From an uncultured Desulfobulbaceae bacterium (GTDB lineage: Bacteria; Desulfobacterota; Desulfobulbia; Desulfobulbales; Desulfocapsaceae), in contig CBDUGK010000007.1 of the NCBI GenBank assembly GCA_965366875.1, positions 758-64,757 on the forward strand: 64,000 bases of DNA, given 5' to 3'. Both the position numbers and the translations under genes were made by a program. This document shows positions 58,263 to 64,000 of this stretch, piece after piece. A model generated the notes under the pieces. The model made no database searches. It saw nothing but the letters and a program-made list of their open reading frames with translations, and was not told where the DNA came from. The number at the start of each line of letters is the position of its first letter. Position 1 is the first letter of the stretch.

Positions 58263-58424
58263 TTAATTTGAGCCTCTCGCAAAATGATGATTTTCATTCA
58301 AAATCAAGGCAGGTTTTTCTAAAACAACATAGATTAACATAAGAGTAGTAAATGGTATTGGAATAATCAGGTCTAATAAGGCAAGAATTGACAAATAAAT
58401 CAGTATTTTTGTTTTGGTCTGCAT
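58263..58424 (-). CDS. hypothetical small membrane protein
   Basis: MQTKTKILIYLSILALLDLIIPIPFTTLMLIYVVL. Its 3' end runs into the 41-nt repeat. Weak call. Confidence 0.3.
   Translation of the reverse strand: MQTKTKILIYLSILALLDLIIPIPFTTLMLIYVVLEKPALILNENHHFARGSN
58271..58311. repeat. 41-nt repeat, copy 1 (contains hairpin TGATTTT-CATTC-AAAATCA)
   Basis: 39 of 41 nt identical to 61218-61258, same orientation. Read directly. Confidence 0.8.
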
Positions 58425-58749
58425 AACAGTCTCGCTAAAATCTGATGAATTATTCAATCTACTGGGATCGAGCAATTATATAACAACCTCATAATCCGCA
58501 TTTTAAATGTAATACAGAATGATGGCATCGTTATTAGTCAACTGTAAAAGATTTTTCCCAGAGTCACGGAATTTTTCCTTTAACCAACAGTTAAAACAGC
58601 AGGCAAAATAGTCCATCCAGCTGGGCGAAAATCGAATAACTTTGTCTCAGTCTTTTTGCAAGATTTAGCATGAAAACAGGAATCCGAGGCTCACAGGAAG
58701 AAGGCACTGATTCAGGAATTAAAGAAATTAGAGATGTTTGAGTTGGCAA

Positions 58750-58882
58750 TCTCAACGGTAAGTTAAGCAGCAAATACCACGATGAGTGCTTCCTGGAAAA
58801 ATCCCCTGTGAGGATTCCAATTAACTTTCAATGGAAATGATTGCAGCCAGTGGTATTTGTCAGCTTAAACGTTTGGTTATCT
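58750..58882 (-). repeat. attC-like imperfect-palindrome repeat (copy C)
   Basis: Plus strand TCTCAAC...GTTATCT. The arms pair as TTAAGC/GCTTAA and CAAATACCAC/GTGGTATTTG, with a 7-nt bubble next to the core. The vapC stop lies inside the right-hand core. Confidence 0.6.
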
Positions 58883-59245
58883 TAATTTTTTATAATTAAT
58901 TTCTAGATCAATAGCAGCTGACTTCAATCTTTTATCAAGCGTCCATAGATATTTTTGAGCCAATTTTGCCGAAGCTAACAGGTGAATATCAATGAAACCT
59001 ATACCCTTACCGTATAGCTTATGTTTTTCTATAAAGTACAAATATTCATCGAATTCGATTTGAGGGGCCATCGGTAAAGCTTGTAATAAGCTAATGATTT
59101 CTTTTCTGTTTTTCAGATTTCCACAGACTAGTTCACCGATGATAAGAGGATGGCAGACAACTTCCCCTTCTAAAAGCAGAAATTGTAAATGTTGGTCGTT
59201 TTTTCTCAGATGATCAATCCAAATTGACGTGTCAACAAGAATCAT
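58877..59245 (-). CDS. vapC: PIN-domain toxin VapC
   Basis: MILVDTSIWIDHL, 122 aa, PIN acidic residues. 2-nt gap after vapB. Confidence 0.85.
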   Translation of the reverse strand: MILVDTSIWIDHLRKNDQHLQFLLLEGEVVCHPLIIGELVCGNLKNRKEIISLLQALPMAPQIEFDEYLYFIEKHKLYGKGIGFIDIHLLASAKLAQKYLWTLDKRLKSAAIDLEINYKKLR

Positions 59246-59247
59246 AT

Positions 59248-59448
59248 TTATTTTGTTGGCCGCCTGCGAGGGATGGGTTTTAGATCTTTTTCTGTCCCTC
59301 CTAACGCAGCAAGGCGTTTACTGCTTTCGCGGGCAATTAACGCTTCAAGACCAAGGTGTACCAAAGATGTTTTTTCCTTGATGCCAGTAAGTAAAGAGGC
59401 CTTTTTCAATATCTGATCATCTATATTTAATGTAGTTCTCATATGCAT
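59248..59448 (-). CDS. vapB: VapB-family antitoxin
   Basis: MRTTLNIDDQILKKASLLTGIKEKTSLVHLGLEALI. The family usually starts at MRTTL, so ATG 59442 is likely. Confidence 0.75.
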   Translation of the reverse strand: MHMRTTLNIDDQILKKASLLTGIKEKTSLVHLGLEALIARESSKRLAALGGTEKDLKPIPRRRPTK

Positions 59449-59478
59449 ATATATGTATCAATCGTGTGCATTTGTCAA
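59449..59478 (-). promoter_or_regulatory. sigma70-like promoter for vapBC (TTGACA, 18 nt, ATATAT)
   Basis: Minus strand TTGACAAATGCACACGATTGATACATATATATGCATATG. The -10 abuts the first ATG, implying a leaderless or very short-leader transcript. Confidence 0.35.
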
Positions 59479-59540
59479 GGATTTGGTTCTAAGAAGATAA
59501 CGGTTAAACCAGACGGAATGATTTCGCATGCATTTTATCG

Positions 59541-60020
59541 TCAGGCACGGTTCAACTCCATTTCAAGGTTATAAGCAGAGCAGTCGGGTATTAAGCCTTT
59601 GTTAACAAAACCAAGTCTTTCATAATAGGAAAGAGCATTAAGAGTGCTCTCCACCAATAATTTGTCGATTTTCAATCGCATTGCTTCTTCTTCGATGAGT
59701 TTAAAAAGTTGAGTGCCGATTGAATTCCCTTCAAAACCTGGCAAAACGTAGAGATGGCTAATGCATCCTGTTTTATTGTAAATTTCAAGCTGAATAGAGC
59801 CAATGATTCTATTATCAGACTTTGCAAGCAGAGTATGATTGTTGGGGTTCTCTAAGGTTTGTTTGAGATACTCAGGTGTTCTCTCACTATAAAATTTGTC
59901 AAAGATTCTTCTCACGTCCTCATGATAAGCCTTTCTTGATATTTCTCGAGCAGATGTCTGTATCACAGTGTGGATTTCTTTGTAATCGGATGATTTTGCT
60001 TTTTCGAATTCAATATTCAT
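59541..60020 (-). CDS. GNAT-family N-acetyltransferase
   Basis: RIIGSIQLE...HLYVLPGFEGNSIGTQLFKLIEEEA (motif A), 159 aa from ATG 60020, which lies 10 nt after the repeat-D core GTTAGGC. Confidence 0.85.
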   Translation of the reverse strand: MNIEFEKAKSSDYKEIHTVIQTSAREISRKAYHEDVRRIFDKFYSERTPEYLKQTLENPNNHTLLAKSDNRIIGSIQLEIYNKTGCISHLYVLPGFEGNSIGTQLFKLIEEEAMRLKIDKLLVESTLNALSYYERLGFVNKGLIPDCSAYNLEMELNRA

Positions 60021-60029
60021 AAATGGTAA

Positions 60030-60161
60030 GCCTAACGGTAAGATAAGCGACAAATACCGCACACGGATTACCCGGCAAAGTACCACTTGAGGATTTCGGT
60101 AAACTTTAAATGGTAAAGATTGCGACCAGTGGTATTTTTCAGCTTGAACGATTGGTTAACT
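60030..60161 (-). repeat. attC-like imperfect-palindrome repeat (copy D)
   Basis: The minus strand starts AGTTAAC and ends with canonical GTTAGGC. Arms pair as AAGC/GCTT and ACAAATACC/GGTATTTTT, with an 8-nt bubble next to the core. Overlaps the relE-like stop. Confidence 0.65.
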
Positions 60162-60423
60162 GATTTTTTTTATAAATTTCTTTTCTGTGTCCTAATTTTA
60201 CTACCCATACCGTTAACTCATAATCCTGGATTGAATAAACAATTCTATAACTCCCTTGACGCAGTCGATATCTCTCTAGACCTGTTAGCTTTTCACTGCC
60301 AACAGGCCTGGGATTGTTTTGAAGAGACTCTACGTTACTTAGAATTTTGAGAAGTTCTTTTTTGGGAACGACTTTAAAATCTTTCTCAACTGATTTCTTG
60401 AAGAAGATTTTATATAGAGCCAT
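60139..60423 (-). CDS. relE: RelE/ParE-family toxin
   Basis: 94 aa: KKSVEKDFKVVPKKE ... RYRLRQGSYRIVYSIQDYELTVWVVKLGHRKEIY. Confidence 0.8.
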   Translation of the reverse strand: MALYKIFFKKSVEKDFKVVPKKELLKILSNVESLQNNPRPVGSEKLTGLERYRLRQGSYRIVYSIQDYELTVWVVKLGHRKEIYKKNQLTNRSS

Positions 60424-60667
60424 TTTTTTTCAATTTTGTAACCATCTGATCGTAGCTAATTAAAGGCTCATCCTTTCTGTTTTCAAATGCAATTATGTCT
60501 TCCGCATCCTCAGAAAGAGCTTCCCTTACAGCTTGATTAACCAAGTCAGTTATTGATCTTGAAGTTTCAACTGCCTTTAATTTTAGTGCCTTGTGAAGAT
60601 CAGGGTCGAAATATATTGTTGCTCTTTTTGCTTGTGTGGCCATAACATCACCTCCCATCAGTGACAC
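60410..60667 (-). CDS. ribbon-helix-helix antitoxin
   Basis: KRATIYFDPDLHKALKLKAVETSRSITDLVNQAVREAL. Likely start ATG 60643. Overlaps the toxin gene by 14 nt. Confidence 0.7.
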   Translation of the reverse strand: MSLMGGDVMATQAKRATIYFDPDLHKALKLKAVETSRSITDLVNQAVREALSEDAEDIIAFENRKDEPLISYDQMVTKLKKNGSI

Positions 60668-60702
60668 TATAGCGTTTTGACGTCAATGTGTCAATTTTCA
60701 AC

Positions 60703-60835
60703 AGTTAACCTGAAGTCGAGATGTGACTACCACTGGATGGACAAACCAGCAAAGTACCACATGACGAGTTCGGTCAATATTCAATGGTAAGGATTCCGCC
60801 AGGTGGCAGGCGGCACTCTTATACGCTTGGTTATA
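60703..60835 (-). repeat. attC-like imperfect-palindrome repeat (copy E)
   Basis: Plus strand AGTTAAC...GTTATAC. The centre (AGCAAAGTACCAC...TCAATGGTAAGGATTCCGCC) is related to copies A, B and D. Begins 10 nt after the broken HigA-like stop. Confidence 0.55.
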
Positions 60836-60844
60836 CGCTTTTTA

Positions 60845-61070
60845 TTAAATTTGAGATTCTAACCCCTTTCTTTCGATACTGTCTAAAAGTTTTTAAAAGC
60901 CCCAGTGGGTTTTTTGTTTCCTTGTTCCCACTTCTGTACAGCTGAGGTGCTCACATTAAAAACACTCGCCAGAGCTGCTTGACTAAGATTGAATTTCTTC
61001 CTATGGTGGTGATTTTTTCTGGACTATATTCTTGTATTTCAGGCAAACAAAGACTCTCGATGTTTTTCAT
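60845..61070 (-). pseudogene. XRE/HigA-like HTH antitoxin interrupted by two 1-nt frameshifts
   Basis: MKNIESLCLPEIQEYSPEKITTI | (R)KKFNLSQAALASVFNVSTSAVQKWEQGNKKPTGA | KLLDSIERKGLESQI in three frames. The second shift is in a TTTTAAAAA run. Confidence 0.45.
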
Positions 61071-61217
61071 TGTAATACTGTCAACCAAGCCACTTTTATT
61101 TAAATCAGTGATTGTTTTGAAATAATGGTGTGTGCAGGCTTAGTTCATAGCAAAAGTTGCAAGTTTGCCTTTCCACCCCAAAAAATAACTGAATACCTTT
61201 AAAATAAAGAACTACAG

Positions 61218-61258
61218 AGCCTCTTGCAAAATGATGATTTTCGTTCAAAATCAAGGCA
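61218..61258. repeat. 41-nt repeat, copy 2
   Basis: AGCCTCTTGCAAAATGATGATTTTCGTTCAAAATCAAGGCA, 39 of 41 nt identical to 58271-58311. Confidence 0.8.
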
Positions 61259-61381
61259 TGCGAAAATTTTACCGCAGGCATATAATTGATATTCCGAGAA
61301 CAAAATTTTTTAGCATAACGTAGAGGTTGAGCGAAAATGGTATTTTGCAAAAGGCTCTACAATAAAGGAAATATAAACGAG

Positions 61382-62743
61382 ATGACACTACCAAGAGATA
61401 TGACCATTGAAAAAGCAATATCTCAGATCAAGAAGCACCAATTAACGAGCCGAGAATTAGTTGAATCATGTCTCGACCAGATAGAGTTGCGTGAGAATCT
61501 CATTCATGCATGGGTTGAAGTATACAAAAAAGAGGCCCTGGAAATTGCCGACACCTATGACGCCGCCTTTCTTAGCGGAAAATGGATGGGAGAACTGCAT
61601 GGAATTCCAATCGGGGTAAAAGATATCATTGATGTTAAAGGAATGTGGATGCGCGCTGGTTGCGACGTTTATCCTGCTGAAGTTGGCAAAGAGGATGCAA
61701 CTGTAGTACAAAAGCTTAAAAACGCAGGAGCTATAATCTTAGGAAAGACGCAGACAACGGCTTTTGCAAACAACGACCCCACTATTTCCAGAAATCCTTG
61801 GAACCTCGATCACTCGCCAGGAGGATCGAGCAGCGGTTCCGGTGCTGCCGTAGCAGATCGTATGTGCCTTGCAGCTTTAGGATCTCAAACAGGTGGCTCT
61901 CTCATTCGCCCGGCGTCCTACAATGGTATTGTTGGATTTAAGCCGACGTACAGTAATATCAGCCTTCAAGGTGTAATCCCCGTATCTTGGAACCTCGATC
62001 ATATAGGATCGCACACTCGATGTGTCTCAGACGCTTTTCGACTTTTTAAGGTAATGTGTGAAAAACATCCAAACCCCTCAATTAGAATGCCTCACGCGTT
62101 ATTGAGTAACTCACCACTTACATTCTCTTCTGCCAGACCACCTTGTTTGGGTTTCATACGGGGATTCATGGAAGATGACGCTTCAAGTGAAATATTACAC
62201 CATATGCAATCCATAGTAGAAAACTTTAAGGATGCAGGTGCGATCGTAGTCGAAATGGAATTACCGGAATCTTTTAAAGAAGTTCATTCAGCTCATACTA
62301 TTATATTTGAAGTCGATTTGGCCACCTTTCACCAACAGTTTTATAAATCGAGTGCGGACAAATATCCGCCGAAAATAAAATCCCGAATCGGAAACGGTAT
62401 GAAAACACTGGGCTATCATTACTCTAATGCCTTGCAGATAAGAAAGAAATTTCAAGATGACATGGGCAAGCTATTATCATCAGTCGATGCCGGATTAATG
62501 CTTTCTTCTCTGACTACAGCACCTCATGGGTTAGAAACAACTGGATCAGCAGCCGCAAACGTGCCTTGGAGTTTTTCCGGATTCCCCGCAATTTCGTTGC
62601 CGTCGGGCCTTGATTCACAAAGATTACCGCTTGGGATACAACTTGTCGGCCCCGCATGGAGTGATGAGTTGATAGCTACCGTTGCCATGTGGTGTGAAGA
62701 CGTGTTGAAATTTGATTTTGCGCCGGAGCACCTTTCGTTCTGA
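61382..62743 (+). CDS. amidase-signature family amidase (GatA-like)
   Basis: GIPIGVKD, GGSSSGSGAAVA signature. Start probably ATG 61382 (the ORF opens at 61337). Confidence 0.85.
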   Translation: MTLPRDMTIEKAISQIKKHQLTSRELVESCLDQIELRENLIHAWVEVYKKEALEIADTYDAAFLSGKWMGELHGIPIGVKDIIDVKGMWMRAGCDVYPAEVGKEDATVVQKLKNAGAIILGKTQTTAFANNDPTISRNPWNLDHSPGGSSSGSGAAVADRMCLAALGSQTGGSLIRPASYNGIVGFKPTYSNISLQGVIPVSWNLDHIGSHTRCVSDAFRLFKVMCEKHPNPSIRMPHALLSNSPLTFSSARPPCLGFIRGFMEDDASSEILHHMQSIVENFKDAGAIVVEMELPESFKEVHSAHTIIFEVDLATFHQQFYKSSADKYPPKIKSRIGNGMKTLGYHYSNALQIRKKFQDDMGKLLSSVDAGLMLSSLTTAPHGLETTGSAAANVPWSFSGFPAISLPSGLDSQRLPLGIQLVGPAWSDELIATVAMWCEDVLKFDFAPEHLSF

Positions 62744-62989
62744 TCTTTTTCTGAGATTCTAAGGGATTAGTATAAACTTGAGATAGATTCCTACACAATC
62801 GAGTTTGCCCAAGGACATCGTCAAATTTTAATGCAGACTACAACTTCAGAGTTCTGCTCACTTCTTTTTATCTCCGACACGCTCCGAGAGAGGAAAGCAA
62901 TTTTGAATAGAAACAATTTTTTGTTTTGAGAGGTAATTATTGCACGCTGATTTTCAAAACACCCTTGAGCGGGAAAGGTTATCCTGGCG

Positions 62990-63499
62990 TTATTTCAAAT
63001 GCAGCAAAGCAGGTTTCATGTAAAACCTGTAGTAACCTACAAGATTACTAGTAATAAAAAGAGCCTCCATGATGACGGCTGCAGGTGAGCCAATGACAAT
63101 ATTATTCAACAGCCATAAAGATGTTCCGATAAACATGAACCGCCTCAGTTGCGTATCATTTTGGCTAAAACTACCAACTGTTCCGAAGATCGAGCCGCAA
63201 CACGTGAGAATACTCAACCACCCGTCGTAAGTCACCGTGCTAACAGCAACCGACATTGCAACAAATAGCCACATGGTCTTTTTAGATGTTGTATGCATGC
63301 TGATGGAAAAGCGACAGATTGCGAGTAGAGCAAGGCCCGTTGCCGTCCACTGTTCGAGTAAAGCAAAATGTATACCAATTAGGGTGCAGGAAACAAGCAA
63401 ACACCCCAAAATCTTACCCCGCTCTTTAAGCTGAAAAGAGATTAAATCAAAACAGATGGCAATACCAATCAATATTTGCGAGAGAATAAAAGGGGTCAT
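62990..63499 (-). CDS. YgjV-like inner-membrane protein
   Basis: 169 aa, five hydrophobic segments. N-terminus FILSQILIGIAICFDLISFQLKER resembles YgjV as I recall it. Confidence 0.5.
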   Translation of the reverse strand: MTPFILSQILIGIAICFDLISFQLKERGKILGCLLVSCTLIGIHFALLEQWTATGLALLAICRFSISMHTTSKKTMWLFVAMSVAVSTVTYDGWLSILTCCGSIFGTVGSFSQNDTQLRRFMFIGTSLWLLNNIVIGSPAAVIMEALFITSNLVGYYRFYMKPALLHLK

Positions 63500-64000
63500 G
63501 CGTTATTTTATCAAACCTGGAAGACTTTCAGAAAAATTCGAGTAAACAATTCATAAACATAAAAAATCGTGATCAGGGCACCCTTCTTTATCTGTTCATA
63601 CAGTACTTGTAAACATCTTTCAGGATGATATTCCCTTCAACACTAATTTACACTGGAGCAAAAATAGCAGATCTTTAGCTGAACATTGATCTAACAGGGG
63701 AAGAAAGCCGCATTGAGCTTGATGCAATACTAATAATCCTGCCAAAGGATACCAGTACTTTAACCAGCTCGCGTCCACTTGAATTCCCTCTGGTCTTTAA
63801 CCAGATAACAAGAATATGTTATTCAAACACGAATAGTTTCAAGATGTTACACAGCTAGACTGACAGTTTTTATGTATGCTCTATTAAATGAGACTGTCGT
63901 CTATTTCAGGTTATGCAAAAGAGCCTAATATGCTTTCAGTACAAATTGATAAACAAAACGGGATAGCCATTCTTGAATATCTCCAGGTGTGATGCTTAAA

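Noticed and set aside
58271-58311. Fur box within the 41-nt repeat (AATGATGATTTTCATT).
   Set aside because: The palindrome is 7-5-7 (TGATTTT N5 AAAATCA), not the 7-1-7 or hexamer arrangement of Fur boxes. The similarity is only AT-rich resemblance.
59494-59540. Short attC between the GNAT gene and vapB (CGATAAA ... GTTATCT).
   Set aside because: It is only about 47 nt with weak core matches, shorter than known attC sites. The region is better explained as the vapBC promoter, so GNAT and vapBC may form one cassette.
61071-61350. Toxin partner (HigB/RelE-like) upstream of the broken HigA-like gene. The listed ORF is 61105..61350 (-).
   Set aside because: No frame gave a recognisable toxin sequence, and the listed ORF mostly translates the 41-nt repeat and AT-rich spacer.
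62744-64000. Integron integrase or attI expected to the right of the cassette-like array.
   Set aside because: Only a YgjV-like membrane gene and non-coding AT-rich DNA are present. No tyrosine-recombinase motifs appear in any frame, so an integrase, if any, lies outside the window.
63930-64000. Short ORF starting MLSVQIDKQNGIAILEYLQV at the window end.
   Set aside because: It terminates after 20 codons in the given sequence. It is too short, with no recognisable family.

Overview
64-kb bacterial chromosomal window. The protein families suggest a Gram-negative, possibly Desulfobacterota-like organism, but that taxon is a guess. I recognised no rRNA, tRNA, CRISPR array or integron integrase by eye. 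From 1 to about 39.3 kb the sequence is GC-richer and densely coding. It holds (i) a TolC-like gene followed by three HlyD-type adaptors, one fused to an M50 metalloprotease, plus a DUF3467-like ORF (1-6.3 kb), with no pump gene in view. (ii) Tartrate-dehydrogenase-like, PPTase, flavin monooxygenase, PrpB-like lyase, TRAP transporter and MetE-like genes. (iii) A 987-aa polyketide synthase with the unusual order AT-KS-ACP-ACP, next to FkbM- and TylF-type methyltransferases (15.4-20.1 kb). (iv) BLUF, Cfa, CBS, SLT, two Hsp20 genes (one broken), DnaJ-like, PcfJ-like and YyaL-like genes. (v) A DtxR-family repressor followed by a P1B-type ATPase operon in which four proteins carry the same cysteine-free PGRxR domain and the ATPase has SCG instead of CPC in TM4 (34.4-39.3 kb). 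From about 39.4 kb the DNA is visibly AT-richer and mosaic. Small cassette-like genes (zinc ribbon, tautomerase, VapBC, GNAT, RelE/RHH, broken HigA-like) are separated by about 130-bp imperfect-palindrome repeats with attC-like architecture. This part also holds two IS remnants, several gene fragments (larB, LigB-type dioxygenase, molybdopterin oxidoreductase, parDE), an ECF sigma operon and a cold-shock cluster (csp, rhlE-like, RRM, deaD-like). All calls rest on reading the translations and DNA by eye; nothing was searched or computed.
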